A stretch of 64,000 nucleotides of DNA from Candidatus Micrarchaeaceae archaeon (GCA_050013715.1 JBEKES010000001.1:1-64000); one strand, 5' to 3'. Counted from the first letter of the stretch, positions 20,079 to 30,960 are shown. Numbers and translations are program-made. The notes: generated by a model not told the origin, from the sequence alone.

Positions 20079-21500
20079 ATGGCAGATAAATTTGACTATG
20101 ATTCAGCAATGGCAGTAGCCCAAACACAGTTCGAGAAAACGGTAGATAATATCTGGCCATTTGCAGTAAAGGCCCTTGGAGACAAAAACACTGAAAAGTA
20201 TAAAACTGCTAAAGACAAATCAGAAAGAGTTTACTTGTTAGATATAGAAGGTGTAACTAAAAATGACCATTCCAGATTAGTCATGTTGTACGAATTAAAT
20301 CATGGGAGATTCTGGCGTGCTATTCCAGCTTGGAAAGCAATTTCAGATTTCAGCTGGGATGATAAGGTACTCTATGCAAATATTATACTTGAAAAAGCTA
20401 AAACCGCACACAAAATAAAAAAGGAATCCCAATATCCTGGAGATTCTTTCGGCCATGTCATAATAGTGGAAAACTACAACAATGGAGTTTTAAGGGACTT
20501 CATATCAGATGACCTGCTTAAAGAGGCAGCAGGCAGGGGTTTTTGGGAAGTTGCCAATGAATATTTCACCAATAGTCTTGTTAATAATTTGCAAATGATA
20601 GGAGGTGCAAGGGAAAGGTACCTGACAATTATGGAGCATCACGAGCTGATAGATTTAACCCATGTGGATGAATTGTATGAAAATCCCCTTTTGGGAGGTT
20701 ACTGGATAACTGATAAATACATTAAAGCATTTGAAAGGTCTAAAAGTAAATTAAGTGAAGAATCTGCAGCAAAACTCGTACGTCCAATAATAGAAAAGGT
20801 ATTCATTGATGCTTTTTATGTTGATCCTGATGGTACAGCAAAAACAGACAATCCTGCCAAATTCATAGCCGAGAATTTATTGCCATATGAAGAGTACATG
20901 AAAACAGAAGCTGTTCAGCTAATGCTGAAAGAAAGACTAAAAATTCACGCCAAGGATTATCATACATCCGGAATCGTAACTGTATTGCATTATATTGAGG
21001 CATCTGAAGCAGAAAAAGCCGAAATTGTAAGTGCGGCGTTGCCGAAAATCTATCCGCACGATGCAAAGAAACTCATCGATTACAAATTTCCAGGATCCCT
21101 GCTTAATAATGGTAAAAAAGAGGAAGTGGAAAATGCAATAATGGCGTTTCTTCAGGAACAATCAAGAAGCCCATTAGGATGTTGTGCTGGTGCAATGGAG
21201 GAAGTAATCAAACCTGTGTGGTTTGCACAGAGGGCAATGAAATATGGATTGCTTGATAGAGAAAAAGGTAGCAAATTTATAGGGGTAAAGGTAACTAATT
21301 ACCTTAATGCATCATCGCACACGATTAAATTCACAATAGCATGGGAAAATACGCTTGATCCTGGTTACGTAAACCATGAATTATACTCCAGATTTTCGAG
21401 CAGAATCAAACTTGAGACAGAAACAGAGCAAAGAAGAAGTGAACTCAGGAAAATGCAAAGAACGGAAATACATGTAGGTAAAAACAAAACAAAAACCTAA
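20079..21500 (+). CDS. hypothetical helical protein (orphan)
   Basis: 473-aa ORF with its own promoter and RBS. Confidence 0.6.
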   Translation: MADKFDYDSAMAVAQTQFEKTVDNIWPFAVKALGDKNTEKYKTAKDKSERVYLLDIEGVTKNDHSRLVMLYELNHGRFWRAIPAWKAISDFSWDDKVLYANIILEKAKTAHKIKKESQYPGDSFGHVIIVENYNNGVLRDFISDDLLKEAAGRGFWEVANEYFTNSLVNNLQMIGGARERYLTIMEHHELIDLTHVDELYENPLLGGYWITDKYIKAFERSKSKLSEESAAKLVRPIIEKVFIDAFYVDPDGTAKTDNPAKFIAENLLPYEEYMKTEAVQLMLKERLKIHAKDYHTSGIVTVLHYIEASEAEKAEIVSAALPKIYPHDAKKLIDYKFPGSLLNNGKKEEVENAIMAFLQEQSRSPLGCCAGAMEEVIKPVWFAQRAMKYGLLDREKGSKFIGVKVTNYLNASSHTIKFTIAWENTLDPGYVNHELYSRFSSRIKLETETEQRRSELRKMQRTEIHVGKNKTKT

Positions 21501-21537
21501 AGATTTATCTTTCTGCTTAACGCTTAAACCGTTTCTT

Positions 21538-22701
21538 TTAGCCTAATAATTTTTCAGAGAACCCATATTCCACAATATCCGCAAGCTGCTTCAAAGAGGT
21601 CCTGCCTAATCTGTTTGCAGTTGAGTAGAAAAGAGATTTTAGCAAATCATCAACTTCTTCTGATGAAAAAATTATAGGTTGTCTATCAATTTCCTGCTTT
21701 TCGTATTGCATTACCAGTTCGTTCTTTGAATTTATGTAGAAACTATAGGATGTTGATGGACAGAGGGTTGTAACTACCCTGTACGCCGAACGTTTAGGTT
21801 TTGAACCATCTTCGCTCAGTCTTGGTATCTCGTTTCTCCATACTACAAGGAAGTGTATTGGATCCTCTTCTGTACCAGTATATTTTGGGTTTGTGTTTTC
21901 ATAAAAATCAGGTGCAATGGATTTGAGCCATTCTTCAAAGCCAGCTTGTTTTCCTCCAATAACTTTCGAATCCAAATGACATTGGTCTATGTACTTAAGA
22001 ATTGCAACAAGCATGTAACCTTCTTGAGAGTGGTCCAATGATGCGGTTCTGCAATCGCTGTCGGTTTCAGGCCTATAGGAAACCACGTTTCCAAAAGGAT
22101 CTGTTGTTTCATATGCAGTAAAATCTTTTTGCTTTATTATTAGATTGCCATACGAAGCGCCTGCAGTTATTATATTTTGGAAAATTGAACCGTCAGGTCT
22201 TGGTCTTGTGATTTCCCATTTCAATCCTTCATCAATGCTTTTGCTGATATGCTGTATTGCTGCACCTACAGTTCCAGTAAATTCAAATATGTCAGAAAAA
22301 CCGAATTTCCTGTAATCGAAAAATTCCTCTTGTCTTAGAAGTCCCATCATACTATGACCAGACAATGCAAGAAGATCGTCTTGCTCTAAAGGTATTGTAT
22401 GAATTTGCTCTGGCATTTCAACACACCAACAGGAGCGATCTGGGCAGTCTCTTAGCTTGTATAGATTTTGAAAAGACTCAAAGAAATAAATTTTATCTTT
22501 TAATGGTATTGATGCAAAAAGTTTGTTTTCCTGCATAGTTATTATTGCAGATGGAATTATGTCCATTATCGTGAAACTGTTATCTTTTCGTAATGCTCCG
22601 CTTTTGTATGCTTCACTTATGCGTCTATCAAGTCCGGATTCCCTTAGCATTTGCCTTGCTTTCGGATACAAAATCCAGTTTTCTCTTTGAAATTCCCCCA
22701 C
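21538..22701 (-). CDS. hypothetical protein (orphan)
   Basis: 387-aa ORF with TATA box upstream. Confidence 0.6.
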   Translation of the reverse strand: MGEFQRENWILYPKARQMLRESGLDRRISEAYKSGALRKDNSFTIMDIIPSAIITMQENKLFASIPLKDKIYFFESFQNLYKLRDCPDRSCWCVEMPEQIHTIPLEQDDLLALSGHSMMGLLRQEEFFDYRKFGFSDIFEFTGTVGAAIQHISKSIDEGLKWEITRPRPDGSIFQNIITAGASYGNLIIKQKDFTAYETTDPFGNVVSYRPETDSDCRTASLDHSQEGYMLVAILKYIDQCHLDSKVIGGKQAGFEEWLKSIAPDFYENTNPKYTGTEEDPIHFLVVWRNEIPRLSEDGSKPKRSAYRVVTTLCPSTSYSFYINSKNELVMQYEKQEIDRQPIIFSSEEVDDLLKSLFYSTANRLGRTSLKQLADIVEYGFSEKLLG

Positions 22702-22917
22702 AAATAAGCTTTCTAATGCTCATAATATATATAAGTTTCTTCTAGGGAATTCAAGCAAAAGCGCAATATACTTAAAGCTTGTCAAAAAAGATATTTCCTT
22801 GATTTCACAATGATGTATTTCATTATAAATACGATGATTGTCATACCATGCTAAGAAGGTATTTAAACATTAACAACACAAACCTTTTTTACTGCTGAAT
22901 TTTGGGGATTGGTTTTC

Positions 22918-25842
22918 ATGGCAATAAGAAAGATAAGGAAAAGAGACGGATCGCTGGTTGATTTCGACGAGACAAAGATAGGTGTTGTTATAAGCAAGGC
23001 GATAATTGCCGTTCGAGGGAGAGCCAACAATTTAGAGATCAAAAATCTTACCGATAAAGTCGTAAATAGAATAGCTGAACTCTACGGCAGCGCAGGCGCA
23101 GCTGACGTTGAGGGCGTCCAGGACATAGTAGAGCAAGTATTAATGAAGGAGAATTATTTTGATGTTGCCCGCGCCTATATACTCTATAGGGAGAGGCACA
23201 ACGAGATAAGAAGAGAAAAAAGAAGTGAAATACTTAAGAAGATAGATGCAAGGCAGTTGTTCGTAGTAAACAGGGAGGGCCAGAAGGAAATATTCGACGA
23301 AAATGTGCTAAGGAATTACATACGCGCTGCATGCAAGGGCTATGAAGGAGTTATAAACATGGAAAGCCTGCTCAACGCCTGCGAGCAGGGCATTTACGAG
23401 GACATCCAAACCAAGGACATAGCAAGAACTGCAGTTCTTACCGCAAGAAGCTTGATAGAAAGAGATCCATCCTATTCAATAATAACTACAAAATTATTCC
23501 TTGCAGCGCTTTACAGGGAAGTTCTCAACGCAAGGTTCTCGCCAACCGAGCTTGCCGATGCATACTCAAAGAGCTTCATCTCTAATGTTAAGGAATGCGT
23601 CAAGAACGGCAAATTATCCGAGAAGATGCTTGACTATGATCTTGAAATGCTTGCATCTCATTTGAACATAAAGCGCGATGAACTGCTTCCATACAGAGGA
23701 TTGGAGGCATTGTATGATGATTATCTGATAAAGGACATAAAGAACGGGAAGAGCGGCAAGCGCTATGAAACACCGCAGGCCTTCTGGATGAGAGTGGCAA
23801 TGGGCCTTGCTCTCAATGAAAAGGACAAGAATGAGAAGGCATTGGAATTCTATGAAGTGCTTTCCAATTTAAGATTCGTAAGCTCAAGCCCAACGCTTTA
23901 CAATACAGGTAGTCCTCGTCCTCAATTGAGCTCTTGCTTTTTAACAACAGTGGCAGATGACCTCAATTCAATATTCAAGAACTATAATGACAATGCATTA
24001 CTATGCAAATGGAGCGGAGGCATGGGCAACGACTGGTCAAGTTTAAGGGCAACTGGCGCAATAGTAAAGACAACTGGCGTTGAAAGCCAAGGATTAGTTC
24101 CATTCCTCAAGATAGCAAATGATGTCAATATCGCAATTAACAGGAGCGGCAGGAAAAGAGGCGCAACTTGCGCTTACTTGGAAGTCTGGCATTACGACAT
24201 AGAGGATTTCATAGACCTTAGAAGAAACACAGGAGATGAGCGAAGAAGGACCCATGACATGAACATAGCGGCATGGATACCCGACCTTTTCATGAAAAGA
24301 GTCATAAGCGATGAGGATTGGACACTATTCTCACCGGATGAGACCCCTGAGCTTCATGACCTTTACGGAAAGGCATTCGAAGACAAGTACATTGAATACG
24401 AGAAAAAGGCAGCCAGCGGAAATGTTAGGCTATTCAAGACCATGAAGGCACTGGCTCTATGGAAGCGCATGCTTACTTCGCTCTACGAGACAGGACACCC
24501 ATGGATCAATTTCAAGGACCCGTGCAACATAAGATCACCTCAAGACCATACAGGTGTTATCCACAGCTCGAACCTATGCACAGAAATAACGCTTAACACA
24601 TCAAGCGATGAGATTGCTGTATGCAATCTAGGCTCGATAAACCTTGCTCCCCACATAAAGGAAGGCGTTCTTGATGAAGATCTTCTTAGAAGCACTGTAA
24701 ACACTGCCATGCGCATGCTTGACAATGTAATAGATTTATGCTACTATCCAGTTAAAGAGGCCAAGAACTCGAACATGAGGCACAGGCCAGTAGGAATGGG
24801 ACTTATGGGCTTCCAGGACGCGCTCTACATGCTAGGCATTAGCTTCGATTCGGAAGAAGCTGTTAAGTTCGCAGATGAGAGCATGGAATTCATATCCTAT
24901 CATGCGATACTTGCATCTACTGAATTGGCAAAGGAAAGAGGTTCCTATGAAAGCTTCAAAGGATCAAAATGGGACAGAGGAATACTTCCAGTTGATACGC
25001 TTGACATGCTGGAAAAGGAAAGAGGCATGAAGATAGATGTTTCAAGAACAGGGAAAATGGACTGGGCACCAGTTAGAGAAGCGATAAAGAAGCACGGAAT
25101 GAGAAACTCAAACTGCCTTGCGATTGCTCCAACAGCTACCATTTCAAACATTGCCAATTGCTTCCCTTCCATTGAGCCAATATACAGCGACATTTACGTA
25201 AAATCAAACAAGAGCGGCGAATTCACAGTAATAAACCAGTACCTTGTAGAGGATTTGAAAGCACTGGGCATGTGGAACCAATCAATGCTCGATGAGATAA
25301 AAGCGCATGACGGAAGCATACAAAGAGTTGCATCAATTCCATCAAAATTAAAGGACAAGTACAAGAACGTTTTCGACATATCTCCAGAATGGCTTATGAG
25401 AATCGCAGCCTACAGGGGCAAATGGATAGACCAGAGCCAATCGCTCAACATATTCACAACTACTACTTCAGGAAGATACCTGTCAGACAATTACATATAT
25501 GCATGGAAGATAGGATTGAAGACTACCTATTATCTTAGGACCATGGGCGCAAGCTCAGTTGAGAAGAGCACGGTAGGAATATCAACACAGCAAACAGCAG
25601 CATTCAAGGAAACGCAAATGGAGGAGCAGCCAATCAGCACATCAACAAGAGTGGAAGAGGTAGTAGTGCAGATATACGATGGCCAGAAATACATGGCAGA
25701 ATCCCAGCAGAAAAGCCAGATTGAAGAGCAAGTGCCAACAACTCAAGTGAAATCAAATTCAACAATAGACTTCTCAAATGTAAAAATAACAAGAAATGGA
25801 GACATCTGCAACAACGAGCCTGACTGCGAAGCCTGCCAGTAG
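22918..25842 (+). CDS. nrdA: ribonucleoside-diphosphate reductase class I alpha subunit, two ATP-cones
   Basis: IRKRDG and VVNREG cones, SPTLYN, QLSSCFL, SNLCTEI, VCNLGSINL, IAPTATIS, KTTYYLR, C-terminal CEACQ. Confidence 0.95.
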   Translation: MAIRKIRKRDGSLVDFDETKIGVVISKAIIAVRGRANNLEIKNLTDKVVNRIAELYGSAGAADVEGVQDIVEQVLMKENYFDVARAYILYRERHNEIRREKRSEILKKIDARQLFVVNREGQKEIFDENVLRNYIRAACKGYEGVINMESLLNACEQGIYEDIQTKDIARTAVLTARSLIERDPSYSIITTKLFLAALYREVLNARFSPTELADAYSKSFISNVKECVKNGKLSEKMLDYDLEMLASHLNIKRDELLPYRGLEALYDDYLIKDIKNGKSGKRYETPQAFWMRVAMGLALNEKDKNEKALEFYEVLSNLRFVSSSPTLYNTGSPRPQLSSCFLTTVADDLNSIFKNYNDNALLCKWSGGMGNDWSSLRATGAIVKTTGVESQGLVPFLKIANDVNIAINRSGRKRGATCAYLEVWHYDIEDFIDLRRNTGDERRRTHDMNIAAWIPDLFMKRVISDEDWTLFSPDETPELHDLYGKAFEDKYIEYEKKAASGNVRLFKTMKALALWKRMLTSLYETGHPWINFKDPCNIRSPQDHTGVIHSSNLCTEITLNTSSDEIAVCNLGSINLAPHIKEGVLDEDLLRSTVNTAMRMLDNVIDLCYYPVKEAKNSNMRHRPVGMGLMGFQDALYMLGISFDSEEAVKFADESMEFISYHAILASTELAKERGSYESFKGSKWDRGILPVDTLDMLEKERGMKIDVSRTGKMDWAPVREAIKKHGMRNSNCLAIAPTATISNIANCFPSIEPIYSDIYVKSNKSGEFTVINQYLVEDLKALGMWNQSMLDEIKAHDGSIQRVASIPSKLKDKYKNVFDISPEWLMRIAAYRGKWIDQSQSLNIFTTTTSGRYLSDNYIYAWKIGLKTTYYLRTMGASSVEKSTVGISTQQTAAFKETQMEEQPISTSTRVEEVVVQIYDGQKYMAESQQKSQIEEQVPTTQVKSNSTIDFSNVKITRNGDICNNEPDCEACQ

Positions 25843-25849
25843 TGATTCC

Positions 25850-26857
25850 ATGAAAGACAACAAGCAAATACTTAATTCATCGGAAACAGATCCAAACAAG
25901 ATACTGCCAATTAAGTACCAGTGGGCAAGGACATACTACAAGACAGGTGTAGCAAACAACTGGGTTCCAGAGGAAGTGCCAATGCAACTGGATGTTGAGC
26001 TTTGGAAGAAGCCAGATGGATTGTCACCGGATGAAAGACGATTAGTGCTAAGGAACTTGGGATTCTTCTCGACTGCGGAAAGCCTTACAGCAAACAACAT
26101 AGTGCTCTCAATTTACAGGCACATAACAAACCCGGAATGCAGGCAGTATTTGCTAAGGCAGGCCTATGAAGAGGCAGTTCATACTGAAACATTCATCTAC
26201 TGCTGCGATTCATTGGGACTTGATCCTGATGAAGTATACAACATGTACTTGCAAATACCAAGCATAAAGAAAAAGGACGACTTTGTAATCAGCATAACAC
26301 AGAGCATACTTGACCCTAATTTCACAACGGTTGGCACAGACAACATAAGAAGATTCGTGAATGATTTGATTGGCTATTATGTAATCATGGAAGGCATATT
26401 CTTCTATGCAGGGTTTGCAATGATGCTATCATTCATGAGGAACAACAAGATGGTAGGAGTGGGAGAACAATTCCAGTTCATACTTAGAGACGAGTCAGTG
26501 CATCTCGCGTTTGGAACAGACCTCATAAACGCAATAGTTGCTGAAAACCCGGAAATATGGACAGATGAATTCAAAAAGGCAACGATAGACAACATAACAA
26601 AGGCAGTTGACCTTGAATGCGCATATGCGCAGGATTGTCTTCCAAAAGGAATCAGCGGGCTTAACGCAGAAACGATAAAGCAATACATGGAATACATAGC
26701 TGACAGAAGACTAGAGAGAATAAACCTTCCGCAAACCTACAATGCAACTAATCCGTTTCCATGGCTCAGCGAGATAATAGACTTGAAGAAGGAAAAGAAC
26801 TTCTTTGAGACAAGAGTCACAGAGTACAAGACAGGAGGCCAATTGGACTGGGACTAA
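25850..26857 (+). CDS. nrdB: ribonucleotide reductase beta subunit, class Ic-like (R2c)
   Basis: FFSTAESL, EEAVHTETF, MEGIFFYAGF, RDESVH and NFFETRVTEY; ATG 25850 after GTGAT. Confidence 0.93.
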   Translation: MKDNKQILNSSETDPNKILPIKYQWARTYYKTGVANNWVPEEVPMQLDVELWKKPDGLSPDERRLVLRNLGFFSTAESLTANNIVLSIYRHITNPECRQYLLRQAYEEAVHTETFIYCCDSLGLDPDEVYNMYLQIPSIKKKDDFVISITQSILDPNFTTVGTDNIRRFVNDLIGYYVIMEGIFFYAGFAMMLSFMRNNKMVGVGEQFQFILRDESVHLAFGTDLINAIVAENPEIWTDEFKKATIDNITKAVDLECAYAQDCLPKGISGLNAETIKQYMEYIADRRLERINLPQTYNATNPFPWLSEIIDLKKEKNFFETRVTEYKTGGQLDWD

Positions 26858-26899
26858 TTATCCATTAGACAGGTGCTATTTAACCAATTAGGTAATTCT

Positions 26900-27712
26900 A
26901 TGGTAGGCACTTCAAATGGCAGACAGACATTTCTTGATGCGAAAGACACAATAGTTAATACCCCATTTGATGGCCAGATAAAATGCCTTAATTGGAATAT
27001 ACAGAACCCTTCTCCCCAAAGAGCCATAAAACAGATTAATTGGATAGAACGAAGCAATTTTGACGTAATTATTTTAACAGAATTCAAATGCTCCAGGGCA
27101 GGGCTTTACATAATTGATCGATTGAAGAGCAAGGGCTATGTAGTAAAATATCCCGAATTAGACAAGGATTATGGAGTTCTTTTGGCAGTAAGTAAAGATA
27201 ATGCAATGGATTCAAAAATCAATAAGGAATTATTATCCAATAGGATTTCTTCAATTGTTTATAAAGCAGCAAATGAAAAGCTCTTATTGTTAGGGGTTTA
27301 TGCACCTATTTGGAATACAGATAAGCAAAGGGCTTTTCTTGAATTTTTTGCAAAATCCATAGAGGACATATGCTCAAATGAAAAATATGATAAAATAATC
27401 ATATTAGGAGACATGAACATGCTAGAACCGAACCATACTTCAAAGTACCAGTTTCTGGAAGAATGGAGAGCTTTTTACAAAACGCTAGACAAACATGTAT
27501 TTGTAGATGCATTCAGGCTAATTTATCCAAATAAGGAAGAATATTCCTGGTTTACTAATGGAAGAGATCATCAAATAGACCAAAGGATTGACCATTGCTT
27601 TGTTTCAAAGAACTTGACAGATTGCATTAAAGATTGCAGTTACATTCATGAAGTCAGATTGGAGAAACTTAGTGACCATTCGGCAATGTGCCTTGAAATA
27701 AAAAAAGATTAG
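26900..27712 (+). CDS. endonuclease/exonuclease/phosphatase (ExoIII/Xth-like)
   Basis: WNIQN, LTE, GDMN, YSW, RIDHCF and SDH motifs. Confidence 0.85.
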   Translation: MVGTSNGRQTFLDAKDTIVNTPFDGQIKCLNWNIQNPSPQRAIKQINWIERSNFDVIILTEFKCSRAGLYIIDRLKSKGYVVKYPELDKDYGVLLAVSKDNAMDSKINKELLSNRISSIVYKAANEKLLLLGVYAPIWNTDKQRAFLEFFAKSIEDICSNEKYDKIIILGDMNMLEPNHTSKYQFLEEWRAFYKTLDKHVFVDAFRLIYPNKEEYSWFTNGRDHQIDQRIDHCFVSKNLTDCIKDCSYIHEVRLEKLSDHSAMCLEIKKD

Positions 27713-28152
27713 TTATTTTGGAATACAAGACTGCATCCATTGTTTATGCAACTGCAGCTTGCAGTCCCGGCAAGAATAAACTGTGGGCATGGTTGACTAA
27801 CATTTCTAAATTGATTAAAGTAATTAGAATAGCTATTTTCATAGTTTTGGTTTATGCAGGCTTGTTGAGAAGGCTCGTTGTTGAAGCATGCTGAAGTATG
27901 TACAATGGTGCATTGTGACGAAGTAGTGCAATAGAATGTGCTTATATTTGCATTAGGATCCACTTTTTGTACGTTGACTAATTCTTGCTGCGGCGTATAT
28001 ACTGAACCGTTTGCAGTAGAGTTTATTGTGGATGTTGATGCAGTATTTGTTCCATAAATACCGCTTGAATTATTTGTAGTGACTAAAAATAATGCTGCAA
28101 GTACAATTATACCAAAGATAAAACCGATTAACAGCTTACTTTTTTCATCCAT
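27709..28152 (-). CDS. membrane-anchored Cys-rich extracellular protein
   Basis: N-terminal TM and 8 Cys in the C-terminal domain. Confidence 0.6.
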   Translation of the reverse strand: MDEKSKLLIGFIFGIIVLAALFLVTTNNSSGIYGTNTASTSTINSTANGSVYTPQQELVNVQKVDPNANISTFYCTTSSQCTIVHTSACFNNEPSQQACINQNYENSYSNYFNQFRNVSQPCPQFILAGTASCSCINNGCSLVFQNN

Positions 28153-28173
28153 ATGATCATTTACTCTTTTTAT

Positions 28174-28602
28174 TTATGCTCTTTGAACTCGAATTCCATC
28201 GCATTCCTCATTGAATTGCTCTTTTAATACGCACCATGCCTTTCGATATGTTTCACGAGTATTTTTTTCGGGAATGTTTGTTAAAAGCCATGTAGAGAAT
28301 AAGTTATCTCTTATATTGATGCAGGAAACTTCCTGTATGTCCGTGTTTCTTACCAATTTCCATTTCTTTTCAGATGCAAGCTTATATTCATTCTTAACTT
28401 CAGAAGAATTAAATGCATTTATATTTCCTTCAATTATCGCTTTTGATGTTTGCCATGAATGAGCTGGAGAAAAAGATACGATTATGGTTGCTCCTGCCTT
28501 AGTTATCTCCTCGTCTTTGTCTAATGTGCCTTTCTTTTGCGCAAGATCGTGAAATTTTTCTGCGAGTATATCATATTTTGTTAAATTATACTTAATTGGC
28601 AT
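28174..28602 (-). CDS. hypothetical protein
   Basis: likely ATG at 28602 (MPIKYNL); the longer start would overlap the divergent gene. Confidence 0.5.
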   Translation of the reverse strand: MPIKYNLTKYDILAEKFHDLAQKKGTLDKDEEITKAGATIIVSFSPAHSWQTSKAIIEGNINAFNSSEVKNEYKLASEKKWKLVRNTDIQEVSCINIRDNLFSTWLLTNIPEKNTRETYRKAWCVLKEQFNEECDGIRVQRA

Positions 28603-28702
28603 ACAACGTTCCCAACAAACCAATCCAATCCTTACATAAATATACAACAATAAAGTATATAAGCATATCAAGTTAATAAAATTATTAATCAGAGATGAGG
28701 AA

Positions 28703-29116
28703 ATGGGAATTCTTAATATTTTTGGAAAGAAAGACGCAACATCAGACATCGCAAAAGGACCGCCATACAGTGTGGTTACAGAACTTGTGCCCTACAAATT
28801 GTATGCAAAGAAGAACAGTTCTGCAACTCTAAGAATAAAAGTAAGAAACCTTACAAAAGAGGTTCTCTTGACATCATTAGTAGGAGAAGTTCCGAACCAT
28901 TTGGGATTTGATGAGATGATAATGTCAAAGCAAAGGGAAATAAGAGTAGGTGAAATGCAGCCCAACGAGGAAAAGGAACTGAAGATGAATTTGTACACAA
29001 GCCTAGGTTCGGAAAAGGGAGAATACACAATGACTCTTACAACAATAGCACACTACAGGGATTATGGCCATGTGCTTAATGCATTGAAGAAAAGAATAGC
29101 AATTGAGCTAGTATAA
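28703..29116 (+). CDS. hypothetical protein with Ig-like beta sandwich
   Basis: LRIKVRN...VGEMQPNEEKEL...GEYTMTLT pattern. Confidence 0.6.
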   Translation: MGILNIFGKKDATSDIAKGPPYSVVTELVPYKLYAKKNSSATLRIKVRNLTKEVLLTSLVGEVPNHLGFDEMIMSKQREIRVGEMQPNEEKELKMNLYTSLGSEKGEYTMTLTTIAHYRDYGHVLNALKKRIAIELV

Positions 29117-29413
29117 TTATTTAGGCGTTTCTGGAGGACGTTGCTGTTCAGCAATAGTAAGCTCGGAATTTATGCTTATGATTAGGTTAGTAATGCGAAG
29201 TCCTTTGTCAGTAAGTTTTATTATTTTTAATTTACCGTGCTTTTCGCTTGTTGTGATACCATTATACTCGCAGGTTGCAAGAAAATTGCATACGTGAACA
29301 TAAGTAGTATTGGAAAGCTTTGATATCGTGGACATGCTAAGATCCTGAGCGCTGTTTTTAATTAGAATAAGTATTTCAGTCTGCTTCTTCTTGAGTATCA
29401 GGTTATCCATCAT
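29117..29413 (-). CDS. winged-helix DNA-binding protein (MarR-like)
   Basis: STISKLSNTTYVHV...EKHGKLKIIKLTDKG. Confidence 0.75.
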   Translation of the reverse strand: MMDNLILKKKQTEILILIKNSAQDLSMSTISKLSNTTYVHVCNFLATCEYNGITTSEKHGKLKIIKLTDKGLRITNLIISINSELTIAEQQRPPETPK

Positions 29414-29588
29414 AAAGTATTATTGCAAAAAGAGGATTATAAACCTTTATAATTCACATTCAGGGAAATTTATTTTCAACACTATTATTATTGTAGTATT
29501 TTTCACATTTATGGAAATCATTAGATTTAATGAGATAATTTTCATATTAATCACTTTTCTGGAATCTCGGCAATCCTGAACACAATAA

Positions 29589-30194
29589 CTAACTTCTTTT
29601 TATGTCATTAACAAATTTTAATGCAATATCCGGATAGGCTTTTTTCGCAAGATCCAATACAGATGCCCCAGTCCAATCTTTTGTATCTGAAAGAAGTTTT
29701 ATACCATCTTCTGTTTCTGTGAGTTTGTTTGCTACGCTTTCGTGGTAGTTAACAGCAACATGAAGAGAGCTCCAATTAGTATTGTTTTCTTTTGTACTTG
29801 CAAGCAGGTTTTTCCCCTCTTCTTTTTCTATTAGCTTAAGCGCTACTTTTTCATATAATTCAACAGCAGCATGAAGTATAGTTCTGCCATCAAATCTAGT
29901 TTCCACAAGAAGATTAATCCCTTCTTGCGTTTCTATAAGTTTAAGTGCAACACTTTCAAAGTTTATAACAGCAAGAAGAAGAGCACTTGGCCCCTCATTT
30001 TTGACAAGATCTCCACTATCATGTGGTTTTACTGTTTCGGCAAGCAGTTTTCTGCCATATTGTGTTTCTACTAATTGAAGCATGAGTTGTTCATTTTCAA
30101 CAAATTTTAAAACATTATTAGTGTTAACTACACCGTATCCATTAACAGTTATACTTATTTTAGATACATCTATTGCCATTGGCTTTGTCGCCAT
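29589..30194 (-). CDS. ankyrin-like repeat protein
   Basis: about four ~37-aa repeats with GPSALLLAV, GRTILHAAV, NWSSLHVAV and GASVLDLA. Confidence 0.7.
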   Translation of the reverse strand: MATKPMAIDVSKISITVNGYGVVNTNNVLKFVENEQLMLQLVETQYGRKLLAETVKPHDSGDLVKNEGPSALLLAVINFESVALKLIETQEGINLLVETRFDGRTILHAAVELYEKVALKLIEKEEGKNLLASTKENNTNWSSLHVAVNYHESVANKLTETEDGIKLLSDTKDWTGASVLDLAKKAYPDIALKFVNDIKRS

Positions 30195-30297
30195 ATTATC
30201 ACATCATATTATATATCAATAAAGGAATTATAATCTGAATCTCTCATTAAAGCTACTTTTATATACTTTTCTAAACTTCTTTTCAAAGGCTTGCTAA

Positions 30298-30831
30298 TTA
30301 CATAAATTCATGGCTTTCTTCTAGTTCTGCGGTTCGCAGTGCTTCTAAGAACACAGGTGTTTCATGATAATTGGCATCTCTTGCCCCCTGAGCTATTTTG
30401 TATATCATTCTAATAAGAGCCGCTTCCTGTGAAGCATATGCAGATCTAACTAATCTTTCTTTGTTTTCAGTGATAGAGCTTTCTTCTCTCATAAAAATTG
30501 ATAAAAGAGACTTTGATTGCCTTTGCTCTAACCTATGCCTTTCAAGCTCCAATAATGTTGCAGATAAAAGAAATTCTGAGGTTTCTATTACTAACAAACC
30601 AGAGACGCGTGCTTGGGCTTCTCCATTTACAAAGTTTGAGGCTTCTACAGCAGTATCGTGTGATTTACGAGCCATTCTAAGATAATCAAGGTGGTATTTT
30701 CCACCATCATTGTAACGGTAGTGCCCTTCAATTATTCTAGTAAATTTTGTGTATGAATCATCTATTTTCCCAGCAATAGCCAAACCTAATGCTAATGTAG
30801 TTTCTGCCATTGGAGATACGGTTTTGTTCAT
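30298..30831 (-). CDS. hypothetical helical protein (orphan)
   Basis: ATG 30831 after GTGAT RBS. Confidence 0.55.
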   Translation of the reverse strand: MNKTVSPMAETTLALGLAIAGKIDDSYTKFTRIIEGHYRYNDGGKYHLDYLRMARKSHDTAVEASNFVNGEAQARVSGLLVIETSEFLLSATLLELERHRLEQRQSKSLLSIFMREESSITENKERLVRSAYASQEAALIRMIYKIAQGARDANYHETPVFLEALRTAELEESHEFM

Positions 30832-30960
30832 TTTTATCACATTATAATTATGACTTAGGAAATATTTATACCTGATTATGTTGTACGTCACTTGTCTTTC
30901 AAAAAACCAGGAACCTTAACAAAATGATAATGTTAATAATTTATATTGCTTATTTTACTT

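Noticed and set aside
25796..25849. N-terminal extension of NrdB overlapping nrdA
   Set aside because: ATG at 25850 has a GTGAT RBS and removes the overlap
14163..26857. Inteins in PolB or NrdA (also RadA at 59624)
   Set aside because: Lengths are normal and motifs contiguous; no intein termini
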